From assembly GCA_963814955.1 (NCBI GenBank), contig CAWFEX010000016.1, positions 4,105-68,104 on the forward strand: a stretch of 64,000 bases of DNA. Reading direction: 5' to 3'. Origin of the DNA: an uncultured Acidobacteriota bacterium (GTDB lineage: Bacteria > Acidobacteriota > Vicinamibacteria > Vicinamibacterales > UBA2999). Below, piece after piece: positions 38,316-47,866 of this stretch. The notes below the pieces were generated by a model. The model was not told the origin of the DNA, did not search any database, and saw only the letters and a list, made by a program, of their open reading frames with translations. The stretch's first letter is position 1; each line of letters starts with the position of its first letter. A program made the translations under genes and the position numbers.

Positions 38316-38327
38316 GAGTGGTACTCG

Positions 38328-40511
38328 TTAACGGGCGAGCGGATCCGGCCGCATCTGGAACTTGTACACCTTGCGGCAGCGTGCCCTTGCCGCCTTCGAT
38401 GTGCCACGGCGTGCGGTTCGCGGACGTCGTCCACAGGCCGCGTACCCTTCCAGCCGGCGCGCGGATCGTCGATGCGTCCGTCGATCTGCTTCACGAAGAA
38501 GCCAATCGGATACGGCACGCGCGCGACGGCCCATTTGCCGTTCTGCAGCACGAGCAGCGCGTCGGAGAGGTTGCCCGTGGCGATCGGAACGTTCTTTCCG
38601 GCGCCGAGCGTGTCGTACTTGTCCACCCAGTTGTAGTAGTTGGAGTCGGCGGCGGCCGATTCGGCCGTTGCCCTTGAAGTTCGGGCCGGGCACCGGGTAG
38701 AAGGACCAGCCCTCCTTGCAGTGCTTGCCGGTGGCGTTCGGGCCGTTCAACGGAGCCTTGCACTTGCGCCGATCGAAGCTGGCGTAGATGGCCGCTGGCC
38801 AGCACGGTCCAGACGACGCCGTTGGCGTCGACGTCCATGCCGCGCGGGCTGATAGCACGTGCTGCCCCGGCACCTGTCCGGTACGGCACTTCGTAGATTT
38901 CCGCGAGCGTCGTCGATCGGCGGATTCGATCCGAGCGCGACGCGGACGACGGCGCCCGGGAATTCGTTGGCGTCGCCCCAGACCACACCGTCGACCGGGC
39001 TCACAGCGATCCGTAGAAGCTCGCGTCGATCCGCTTGTCCTTGGTCGGATCGACTGCAGCGTCCGGCTCCACCCACGCATCCTGCTTGCCGTTGCCGTTG
39101 GTGTCGAGAATGAGCGGCGCCCAGCCCTGTGCCTTCTGCGGGTCGCTTCGTTTCGTCGAGCACCTTCGTGTTGACCCAGCCGACGACGCCGCCGTTCCCC
39201 GACCAGATGGTGTTGTTGGCGTCGTGCGCGAAGTTGAGGTGGAACGTGCCGAAGCAGGTGTCGACGATGCGTCCACTGCTTCGTCTTCGGGTCGTAAACG
39301 GTGTACTGCCGGCCGCTGTTGTTGAGCGGGAACAGCTTCGCCGACGGATGCGTCGAGCCCTCCTTGCAGAACGCCGGGCTGTGCGGCGGGCGCGCGGGTG
39401 CGCGAGGTGTTCCACAGTCCGTCCCTTCTGGTCCATGACGTTGCTGTGCGCGATGACTCGGCTGCTCCAGTAGATCTCCTCGCCCCAGTACGGCGAGGCC
39501 ACGCCGATCTTGCGACGGCTGCGGCGCAGCTTCTCGTCGAGGACCGGGAATCTTCACCTGCGCGAACTTGTGCTGCATCGGATCGAGGATCGTCATGTTG
39601 TCCGAGCTGTTCTCGTGCACGCCGAATACCGGCCCGTTGGCGTTGACGCGTCGGGTTGCGCTTGTCGCTCGCCACCGCGTCGTGGAAATACTCGCGATCG
39701 CGTCGCCCAGTCCCACAGGGTGACGACGAAGTTGCGCTCGACGCCCTGCGGCCGCGGCGGCGCCTGCGGGATATTCGCCGCCGGCGATCCGATCGGTCCA
39801 GTCGGCGAACATCTTCAGCACGCGGTCCCTGCCGAAGCGATTCGTGTTCGCGTACATTCCGGCGCCGCCGTCGATGCCTGCCTGCAGCCGGTGGTTCCAC
39901 GCCTCGACCGACGTTCCGAACTTGCCGAGGTTCTGGCGGCATCTCGCGCGTCGCCTTGTTGCCCATCTGGTGGCACGGGCGTGCACGTGGACGTCTTGAT
40001 GTTGTTGATCCACTGCGCCTGGCTGCGCATGCGCTTCGGAAATGCCGTTCCCCTTTTCGCCGGTGCCGGGGAACTCGCTCTTGTCGGGCGGCTGACCAGC
40101 GCGTACCAGTAGTTCGCCGGGTAGTACTCGGCTGCGGCGCGCGGGTTGGGCGCCTGAGTGGCCGTGAGATTCACGGTCCGTCCGGGCGCGCTCGTCACTT
40201 TCGCCGAGTCCACCAGACCGTAGCCGCGAACCCAGACGCTGTAGTTGCCCTTCGGCAGATCCGGAACCACGTAGCGGCCGCGGTCGTCGGTCACCACGAT
40301 CTTGCGCCATCTTCGTCGGCAGATCGGTGGTCTCCGCAATCACCCATACGCCGGCTTCGGGACCTCTCGTGCTGGTCACGACGCCGCCAATGTCATCATT
40401 GTCGATACGAGGGGCGTCCCCGCCTTGTGCGGTGGCCCTCGTCATCGATACGGCGAGGAATGCTGTCAGCGCTAGGCCGAGCATCCCCAGGGACAAGGTC
40501 CGTCTCGTCAT
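38328..40511 (-). pseudogene. exported CarboxypepD_reg-domain / c-type cytochrome / propeller-like protein, massively frame-broken as sequenced
   Basis: Recognisable peptide segments of ~15-70 aa hop between all three minus frames: signal plus DNDDIGGVVTSTRGPEAGVWVIAETTDLPTKMA; KIVVTDDRGRYVVPDLPKGNYSVWVRGYGLVDS; STCTP|CHQMGNKATREM (CxxCH split by an extra base in the GGG run 39977-39979); LGKFGTSVEAWNHRLQAGIDGGAGMYANTNRFGRDRVLKMFADW; VNANGPVFGVHENSSDNMTILDP; DTCFGTFHLNFAHDANNTIWSGNGGVVGWVNTKVLDE; APLILDTNGNGKQDAWVEPD; VDKYDTLGAGKNVPIATGNLSDALLVLQNGKWAVARVPYPIGFF; ..KVYKFQMRPDPLAR-stop. Confidence 0.7.
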
Positions 40512-40671
40512 CGTGGCTCCCTCCTGCCTGTTTGTCCGCCTTCTGTCACGTCAGGTCGAATAGCACCCCGTGGGCCCCGCCGAAGCTGCAGCGCGAAGGC
40601 GGGCGATCCGTGATTTTATCCCGTAACCAGCCACCGGCTCCATACGTATCCCGGCAGCCACTCTGGGTGCA

Positions 40672-40719
40672 GGGGCCGACCTTGGTGTAGGGCGGGCCGA
40701 CCTCAAGGTCGGCCCCTAC
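40672..40719. repeat. REP-like element with both GTAG and CTAC flanks, plus a half copy
   Basis: Half element GGGGCCGACC-TTGG at 40672-40685; GTAG 40687-40690; GGGCCGACC-TCAA-GGTCGGCCC 40694-40715; CTAC 40716-40719. Confidence 0.8.
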
Positions 40720-40722
40720 TGG

Positions 40723-42990
40723 TCAAAACCGGAGCAGACGGGTCAATTTGACAGCGAACGACCGATTCTGCAGCGCCGGGTAGCTTCGGGAGGCGCTGTC
40801 GCGCCCGTCGCTGTAGACGACGAACAGTTCGCTGCCGGGGCTGTACTCCCATCGCATCCGGGCGCTCGACGAGAGCGAGTGCAAACTGGGATTGAACTGC
40901 GTCAGAGCGCTGAATCCGAGCCTCGCGGTCGGGGCGACGCCAAATCGCATCCCCACGAGCCGGGCGTCGAAGTCGCCATATGGCAGGCGCACCCAGTTCA
41001 GCGCGATATTCGGCTCCACACCGAAGTGGGCCGACAGCCCCAGGCGTCCGCTGTAGGTGACCGACGTGCGGGTACCTTCGTAAAAGGATCCGTGCGAGGC
41101 GGAAAGCCTTCCCGAGATCATCCGCTGCTGACCGAGGTTGTAGGTCACGTTCAGCGTGTCGTAGTCGTAGCCTCCGGCTGGCACCACCACTCCGGGTGAG
41201 ATGGCGAAGTCGAACGGCAGCAGCTCGTATTGCCGCGTGGCGATCACGACGACCTCGTCGCTGCTGTTGAATTCCACGCCGAACCGGCCCGAGATCGATC
41301 GATCCTCCAGAGTGTCGCCGGCGGCATCCGAAAGGTAGTCGACGTCCGCCTGCCAGGTCAGCATGCGCACGAGACGTCCGCGTCTGAGGCGCGGGCTGAA
41401 GCGGGCGGTGAACGAGCTCATCGCGAAATCCGTTCGTCGCACGAATCCAACTTCCGGATTGAAGTTCGATTCGACGACGAGGCGGTCGACCTCCAGGCCG
41501 TAACGATCGCCTGCGTAACTGAACCGTCCGCGATAACTCTGATCGTCCCCGCGAACCTGCGGTGACGCCGTGCGCGCCCAGTACAGATTTGCCTGCACGT
41601 TCTCGAAGAAACGCAGGTCGGCGTCGACGCCGGCCGTCGCATGGTCGCCGGCGCCGGAAGCCGCCGGCCAGCGGCCCGTGGCTATCGCGCCCACGCTGCT
41701 GCGGCGGAGGATATTGCGCCGCAGCCGCAGCGCGGAGAACGTCGTGGTCACGGCGTCGGCCGACGGCTTTTCATCGGTCGTAATGGCCAACGCGCCCACG
41801 TCGAATCGCCCCGCCTTTCCCGTGACACGGCCGCCGGCCAGAACGGGTACGGACTGGCCCGCGTTCAACCCGATGCGGCGGCTGAAGAACATGATCGGAA
41901 GCACGCCGGACGCGCGCTGTCCGGACACGCCGCCAAAATCGAATATGCCCTGGCCCTCGAGAAAGAAGTCGCGTTTTTCTGGAAAGAACAGGTTGAAGCG
42001 CGTCAGATTGATCTGCTGCTCGTCCTCTTCGACCTGCGCGAAATCGGTGTTGACCGTCACATCCGCGGTAAGGCCGCGGGTGAGCCCGTACTTCACGTCG
42101 ATGCCGGCGTTGGCGCTTACGTCGTTGTTGTACGGCGTGCGCGACACGCGATCGGTGGCCAGCGAGGAAACGGCGTATGGCTTGAGCTCCAGGTTCATCG
42201 ACTGTGCAGGCGTCTCGAGCCCGACAAGCCGGGCGGCAACCGCCATCTGCGCGACACCGTTGCCGCTGTAGGAGGCTGGCACGCGCGTCAGGTTCGAGGT
42301 TTCGTTCTTCGATTTGACGACACGCCTTACGTTGATGCCCCAGGTCTGCGGGCCGGAGGATCGATAGCGCAGCGATTTGAATGGAATCGCCATCTCGACC
42401 GTCCACGCAGTGTCCGAGCGCGATGTCTTGACGTCCCACACCGTGTTCCAGTTGAGATTGAAGGTGCCGTCGGCAACGTACTGATCGCGCAGCGCGCCTA
42501 TCGGATTGGTCTGGAAGAAAAAGGCATTACGCTGGTCGAAGAACGTGTCGAGGGTGACACTGAGGTTGTCGTTCACCGAAAAGATATTGCCGTTGTCGCG
42601 GCGTAACTCGTCGGCGACGATGCGATCCGCCTGGCTGTCGTAGCAGCGCGCCGCAACGTAGAGATTGTCCTCGTCAAAGAAGACCCAGATTTCGGTCGGT
42701 TCGGTCGCCGGTATTCCCTCGACCGGCAGCTGCTGGATGAACCCGTCGATCGGTTGGACCGTACTGTACGCCTCGTCGTCGAGACGTCCGTCGAGCCGGA
42801 GCGGCTGAGTGATGCGGACGGCGCGAACGGTTGCGCGACCCCTGTCGTCGCGCGTCACCGTCTCGGGTGCAACCGGTGCGGCCGGTCCCACGTCCTGTAG
42901 AGGGTCGGGTTCCTGTGCCGCCGACGGCACGACGCCCGCCGCGAGCAACAGGACACACACCGCCGAACGACGAAGGAAGCCGCGCTGCAA
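40723..42990 (-). CDS. DUF5916 / carbohydrate-binding family 9-like exported protein
   Basis: Long open frame. VRAVRITQPLRLDGRLDDEAYSTVQPIDGFIQQLPVEG..EIWVFFDEDNLYVAARCYD..WTVEMAIPFKSLRY is typical of DUF5916. The proposed TTG start at 42990 (MQRGFLRRSAVCVLLLAAGVVPSAAQ) is uncertain, because the frame stays open upstream into the preceding gene. Confidence 0.7.
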   Translation of the reverse strand: MQRGFLRRSAVCVLLLAAGVVPSAAQEPDPLQDVGPAAPVAPETVTRDDRGRATVRAVRITQPLRLDGRLDDEAYSTVQPIDGFIQQLPVEGIPATEPTEIWVFFDEDNLYVAARCYDSQADRIVADELRRDNGNIFSVNDNLSVTLDTFFDQRNAFFFQTNPIGALRDQYVADGTFNLNWNTVWDVKTSRSDTAWTVEMAIPFKSLRYRSSGPQTWGINVRRVVKSKNETSNLTRVPASYSGNGVAQMAVAARLVGLETPAQSMNLELKPYAVSSLATDRVSRTPYNNDVSANAGIDVKYGLTRGLTADVTVNTDFAQVEEDEQQINLTRFNLFFPEKRDFFLEGQGIFDFGGVSGQRASGVLPIMFFSRRIGLNAGQSVPVLAGGRVTGKAGRFDVGALAITTDEKPSADAVTTTFSALRLRRNILRRSSVGAIATGRWPAASGAGDHATAGVDADLRFFENVQANLYWARTASPQVRGDDQSYRGRFSYAGDRYGLEVDRLVVESNFNPEVGFVRRTDFAMSSFTARFSPRLRRGRLVRMLTWQADVDYLSDAAGDTLEDRSISGRFGVEFNSSDEVVVIATRQYELLPFDFAISPGVVVPAGGYDYDTLNVTYNLGQQRMISGRLSASHGSFYEGTRTSVTYSGRLGLSAHFGVEPNIALNWVRLPYGDFDARLVGMRFGVAPTARLGFSALTQFNPSLHSLSSSARMRWEYSPGSELFVVYSDGRDSASRSYPALQNRSFAVKLTRLLRF

Positions 42991-43009
42991 CGTGGGAGAC
43001 GCGCCGGCG

Positions 43010-44650
43010 TTATCGGGGTCGGATAACACGTAAACCGCGCCGGCCTCGTCCACCGAGTTATCGGCCATACTTCCGTTGACGCCCGTTGCGCCGCTGTCTT
43101 CGCCCCGGGCGCCCACCGACGAGCGTACGCCCGTCACGGCTCAGGGCAACTGATCCGCCGAACTCGTCGTACGCCTGCGTATTCGAGCCTTTGATGTAAG
43201 CCTGTTGCCTCCACATGGCGTCGTTGCGTGTGAACAAGTACACGGCCCCCGCTTCCTCGGCCGATTCGTCCTTCTGGATGCCGTTGAAGCCTTGCGCGGA
43301 GCTGTCTTCGTTTTGCGCGCCGGCCGCGAGTGTGGCGCCGTCGCCGCTCAACGCCAGACGAACGCCGAACCAGTCGTTCTGTCCGGTGTTCGACGCTTTC
43401 ACATACGCCTGCTGCGTCCACGTCGTCCCGTTGCGCGCAAATATCGCGATCGCCCCGGCCGACTGGTTGGCCTTCTGATCGGCGGCGCCAACGTCGGAAG
43501 GGGCATTGACTACTCCAGTGCAGAGACAGTCCTCGTCTATCGATCCCATTGCGAGCGTGTTGCCGTCGTCACTCAGTGCGACCGACACGCCCCAGGAATC
43601 GCCGCCTTCGGAGTTCCACGTCTTCAGATATGCCTCCCGCGTCCATGTCGAACCCTTGCGCGCGTAGACGTAGCCGGCGCCGGAACCGTTCCGCATCATG
43701 TCGATCGGTGCATTGACGGTTCTGCCGGATCCACCTTCGTCGTAAACGCCCACCGCCAGCGTGTTGCCGTCTGCATTGAGCGACAGTGAATAACCGAATT
43801 GATCTCCGGCAATCGCCATGGGCGGAGCGTCGGACTTGATGTATGCCTGCTGCGTCCACGTATTTGCGCTTCTGGCGTACACGTACACGGCACCGGCCGT
43901 CAGTGCGGACTCGTCTTTCTGGTTTCCATTGACTCCGCTGCCGTTGCTGTCTTCGCTCGGTGCGCCTACGGCGAGCGTGTTGCCATCGTCGCTGAGCGCC
44001 AGCGAGAAGCCGAATTGATCGCCTTCGCCCGGAATGTCACCCTCGCCGGCGTTGCCGGTGTTCGAGGCCTTTATGTAGGCCTGCTGCGTCCACGCGCCGC
44101 CCCGTCGCACGAACACGTACACGGCGCCTGCCTGGGGGATGGAATTGTCGTCCTGGTTGCCGTTGACACCGGTCGCGGCGCTCGACTCCCAGAACGCGGC
44201 AACGGCCATCGTGTTGCCGTCGGCGCTCAGCGCGACGGTGTTCCCGAAGTGATCGCCGTTTCCCGCGTTCGATGCTTTCACGTAGGCCTGCTGGGCCCAG
44301 GCGTTGCCGCTCCGGCTGAAGACGTAGACCGCTCCGGCGTTGTAGGCCGAGTCGTCGTTCTGATTGCCGTTGATGCCGCGTGCGTTGCTGCTTTCGTGCT
44401 GAGCGCCGACCGCGATCGTGTTTCCGTCGCCGCTGACGGCGACGCCGTTTCCGATGTGGCCGTCGAGCGCGCCGCCCTCGCCGAAGTGATCGAACATGCC
44501 GGGATTAGAAGCCTTCAAGTAGGCAGTCTGCCGCATCGGCTGCCCTGAGGAGAACAGGGGCCAAAACGGAGGGGTCTGCGCTGCGATGACCGCGACGCCA
44601 ACCGTACACACACAGACCACCACCGTGGTCCAGACCAGCCTCCGATTCAT
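43010..44650 (-). pseudogene. FG-GAP/integrin-alpha-like beta-propeller protein (paralog 3); C-terminal frame breaks as sequenced
   Basis: ATG 44650 (MNRRLVWTTVVVCVCTVGVAVIAAQ). Same repeat architecture as 10581-14009. The last blade (VVGARGEDSGATGVNGSMADNSVDEAGAVYV) is in another frame (shift near 43112-43118). The TAA at 43010 is reached only with a further shift near 43028, so the 3' end is approximate. Confidence 0.7.
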
Positions 44651-44809
44651 GAGGACGCCTCCAGAAAATAGATGATGACGGGCGGGGCGGATTGTACAAA
44701 AAAAGGGCCACACAATCTCTCGGTGGCCCGTGGCTCTTGTCGGGACGCCTGAAGGTCTCCCGCTACCTCCGACGCTGGCGCCGCTGTCCGGAGACCTGAA
44801 AATCTCCGG

Positions 44810-45226
44810 CTACTGCGCGGTCGGCGGCGGCTGTCCGTAGTTCGCGTTCTGCATCACTACTTTGCCTGAATCAGCGAGGACGACACGCGCGCGCTCGGTC
44901 AGGTTCATGTACGGCGCGCCGCTCTTCAGCCGCCGGCCTGTGAGTGTCACCTTCGTTCCAGTCTTCACCTCGGTGGTCCAGCCGCTTTTGATGAGCTGCT
45001 GCGCACCACCCATCTCGGCCTGCCACCTTACCGTCTTGCCTTCGGTGGGCACGTCGAGCACGAGAATCGAGTGGGGGTTGACCAGCTGCGTCTCGATGAC
45101 CGTCCCCGTGATCTCGACGACGTCCTCGATGTAGCGTCCGGCATCACCGTGGTGCGCCCACGCAGCACCCGAGAGCACCAGCGAACCTGCGGCCATGCAA
45201 ACTGCCATGTATGGAATTTTTTTCAC
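44810..45226 (-). CDS. DUF6152 family exported protein
   Basis: GTG 45226 (or ATG 45208). Signal ..MAVCMAAGSLVLSGAAWA followed by HHGDAGRYIEDVVEITGTVIETQLVNPHSILVLDV.. Confidence 0.7.
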   Translation of the reverse strand: MKKIPYMAVCMAAGSLVLSGAAWAHHGDAGRYIEDVVEITGTVIETQLVNPHSILVLDVPTEGKTVRWQAEMGGAQQLIKSGWTTEVKTGTKVTLTGRRLKSGAPYMNLTERARVVLADSGKVVMQNANYGQPPPTAQ

Positions 45227-45318
45227 TGCCGAACCCCTCCTGCCCGGGCCAGACACTCGAGAAACTGGCACCTGACGGCGTATGTTCACTATACCCCCGT
45301 GGCCGTCTCAACAGCAAT

Positions 45319-45378
45319 CGCGGCGGCTGAAGCCGCCTCGCTACACATGCCCGTAGCGCGCAGGCTTCAGCCTGCGCG
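45319..45378. repeat. REP doublet in inverted orientation
   Basis: GGCGGC-TGAA-GCCGCC 45322-45337 plus CTAC 45341-45344; GTAG 45353-45356 plus CGCGCAGGC-TTCA-GCCTGCGCG 45357-45378. Confidence 0.8.
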
Positions 45379-45379
45379 T

Positions 45380-46537
45380 CTAATAAGGTTTCGGCGGTCC
45401 TGGCCGGGTGAATCGCGCTGCATCGATTGCAACATTGGGCTGAATCTCGCTGACCTCGAAATTCGACCGGCCGTCGAGCCACGTCATCGTCCATTTGAAT
45501 GGAAGTTTGACCCCCGCTACGTCGCGGAAGTCCGAATAGTCCATCTGCACCGGCAGCCGTCCGACGGGCGACGGCGTCGAACGCACGGCGCGCGTCAACA
45601 AGCCGGTTTCCTGATCGAAGTACAGCGTCACAAGTGCGGCGCCTTTGTTGCCTTGCACCGCAAGTACCGAGCGATCGTTGATGAAGTCGTTGCTCGAGCG
45701 CATGTTGGTGAGCGCGTTCTTGATGTTGGCCGGGAACATCAGCTCGGCGTCGGCCCTGGCCGAATCGAGCTCCGCCCCGTGGAGTTCCATGACACTCACG
45801 GGCTTGAATGGCGCTGACACCCAGCCGGCAGTCCCGCTGAAGACGGTCGTGTTGTCTCCCGCTTCCTTGTCGCGCACGATGACCGCTCTCTGATTCGGCG
45901 CTTTCGCGTAGATTTCCACGGGCCGCGGAAATCCCTCTGGCCCGTATCCCGAATACGTTCCCTTCGCGGCGTAGCTGGTGAGCTTCGCGGCGCGATCCGC
46001 TCCTCCGATCGCCTGGAGATACTTATCAAGAATCTGAGCCGCGTCCGGCGTTCCTGGGGGTCCCGGTGCGAGCAGCACGTCGAGCTCGTCGGGCGCCGGT
46101 GTCCCGTACAGCATCACGAGGCTTGGCGTCACCTTGGGCCGGTTGCTCCCACGATGGCACGAGAAGCACGTGACGACCTGACGGCCGCCGAAGTACTGCT
46201 TGTTCAGCTCGGTCATCATCGTGACCATGCGCCGTGCCATCTGCTTTCGCGGGCTGACGTCCTTGGCGTAGTTCGCCCAGTCGTTGGACGAGGCGGTGTG
46301 GCAGTCCTCGCACGAGAAACCAAGCGCCGCTGAAAACACACCCATCGTGCCCATGAACTCGTCCACGGGGATGCCGCGGAGCACGGTTACGTTCTTGAAC
46401 ACGTTCTCGGCCAGCAGCTGGTTCTGAGCCGTTGTCTGAGCCGGCGCCGTCTGACCATTGACGAATACAACAGCCAGCATCCACAACATGACCGTGCTCA
46501 GGACACTCCACACCATTGCTCTCGATCGAAACCTCAT
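45380..46537 (-). CDS. exported c-type cytochrome: reaction-centre-cytochrome-like N-terminal dihaem domain plus a LolA-like C-terminal domain
   Basis: ATG 46537. AENVFKNVTVLRGIPVDEFMGTMGVFSAALGFSCEDCH and CFSCH (2 CxxCH). The C-terminal ~250 aa are beta-rich with no haem motif. Confidence 0.7.
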   Translation of the reverse strand: MRFRSRAMVWSVLSTVMLWMLAVVFVNGQTAPAQTTAQNQLLAENVFKNVTVLRGIPVDEFMGTMGVFSAALGFSCEDCHTASSNDWANYAKDVSPRKQMARRMVTMMTELNKQYFGGRQVVTCFSCHRGSNRPKVTPSLVMLYGTPAPDELDVLLAPGPPGTPDAAQILDKYLQAIGGADRAAKLTSYAAKGTYSGYGPEGFPRPVEIYAKAPNQRAVIVRDKEAGDNTTVFSGTAGWVSAPFKPVSVMELHGAELDSARADAELMFPANIKNALTNMRSSNDFINDRSVLAVQGNKGAALVTLYFDQETGLLTRAVRSTPSPVGRLPVQMDYSDFRDVAGVKLPFKWTMTWLDGRSNFEVSEIQPNVAIDAARFTRPGPPKPY

Positions 46538-46849
46538 GTCGCCTCCGATGCGATCGTTTCCATTGTCCCCCACGATCGGCTTTGCGCGCAGGGGGGCAGT
46601 GTACCCCGTCATTTTGAGCCATGCGCAAAGGCTGCGCCAAGCCAATCATGTCGTGTGTTTCAGAAACCCCGGCGATCATGGATGCGCGGTGTGGCATTTT
46701 TCGCGCACTGGCGGAAATCCGCGCGCAGCAGCGCGGCAACGCTTGGACCGCTGCCAAGGGCCTCCACCTTTGCCGTCACACGCGATCAGAGATATTCAGA
46801 GCGGAGCCCTTGGCTGGTTTATGATGGCCCCGGCACCGACGGAGGGTTT

Positions 46850-47806
46850 ATGCGAAGAATCGTGTGGGTCGTCGCTGTGGCTGCGTGTGCGACGGTTTCG
46901 GTCAGCGTTGCATCACAGCAGGCCGCCACAGGCATGTACCCCGACAAGCCGTGGGCGTTCCCGGCACAGGTCGAAAAACCGTTTCCCCCGGACGCCGCGC
47001 CCAAAACAGTGCCGGGCAGCGCGAAGAAATACACCGAAAAAGAAATCGACGATCTGATGAACCCGCCCGACTGGTTCCCCGATCAGCATCCGACGCCGCC
47101 GCAGGTCGTGGTGAAAGGACATGGGGGCGTGATGGCGTGCGGCGCATGCCATCTCATGTCCGGCCTCGGGCATCCCGAATCGTCAGGCATCACAGGTCTG
47201 ACGGCGCCGTACATCGTTCAGCAGATGATCGACTTCAAGAACGGCACGCGCAAGGACCTCACCGGCAAGCGGATGAACGGCATTGCGATGGAGATGACCG
47301 ACAAGGAGATCCAGGAGGCCGCCGAATACTTCGCGGCGCTGCCGGTCCGGCCGTTCCAGAAGGTCGTCGAGACCGACATGGTGCCGAAGACGTACCTCGG
47401 GAACGGCCGCATGCGCTTCGTCGACCCGGGCGGCGCGATGGAGCCGATCGGCGCGCGGATCATCACCGTGCCGCAGGATGTCGAGCGCGTGCGCCTGCGC
47501 GACCCGTACGTCGGGTTCGTCTCGTACGTCCCGATGGGCAGCCTGGCCCGCGGCAAGAATCTCGTGGAAACCGGTGGCGGCAAAACCATGAACTGCGGGC
47601 TTTGTCACGGAGTCGACCTGAAAGGGCAGGGATCGATCCCGCGACTCACCGGCATGCATCCGATTTACACGGCGCGCCAGCTCTATTGGTTCAAGGATGG
47701 ATCCCGCAACGGAATCGACGCGCCGTTGATGAAGCCCTGGGTGGCAGGGCTGAACGACGACGACATCATCGCGATCTCGGCGTACCTGGCATCGCTGGAG
47801 CCCTAG
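46850..47806 (+). CDS. exported dihaem c-type cytochrome (paralog of 6905-7924)
   Basis: ATG 46850, signal MRRIVWVVAVAACATVSVSVASQ, motifs CGACH and CGLCH. The stop TAG at 47804-47806 lies inside the CTAG target site of the IS. Confidence 0.85.
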   Translation: MRRIVWVVAVAACATVSVSVASQQAATGMYPDKPWAFPAQVEKPFPPDAAPKTVPGSAKKYTEKEIDDLMNPPDWFPDQHPTPPQVVVKGHGGVMACGACHLMSGLGHPESSGITGLTAPYIVQQMIDFKNGTRKDLTGKRMNGIAMEMTDKEIQEAAEYFAALPVRPFQKVVETDMVPKTYLGNGRMRFVDPGGAMEPIGARIITVPQDVERVRLRDPYVGFVSYVPMGSLARGKNLVETGGGKTMNCGLCHGVDLKGQGSIPRLTGMHPIYTARQLYWFKDGSRNGIDAPLMKPWVAGLNDDDIIAISAYLASLEP

Positions 47807-47866
47807 ATGTTCAGTCCCGGCAGTGTGGTGGATGGGATTCAGTCTGAACGATCAGGCTGTTCTGTC
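47807..47866. repeat. IS left terminal inverted repeat
   Basis: ATGTTCAGTCCCGGCAGTGTGGTGGATGGGATTCAGTCTGAACGATCAGGCTGTTCTGTC matches the reverse complement of 48782-48841. Confidence 0.9.

Noticed and set aside
38328-40511. The uninterrupted 727-aa ORF taken at face value as an Arg-rich protein.
   Set aside because: Only its first ~70 and last ~15 residues look like real protein. Most of the remainder is out-of-frame sequence, apart from some internal stretches that read as real peptide. The recognisable peptide lies in alternating frames.
43010-43137. Fusion of FG-GAP paralog 3 with the downstream DUF5916 protein (the frame is open from 43137 to 40723).
   Set aside because: The two other paralogs end directly after the last GAVYVF-type strand. 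A TAA (43010) is reachable by one further single-base shift. The downstream protein has its own signal peptide after a plausible TTG. The read-through is most simply another indel effect, though I cannot exclude it.
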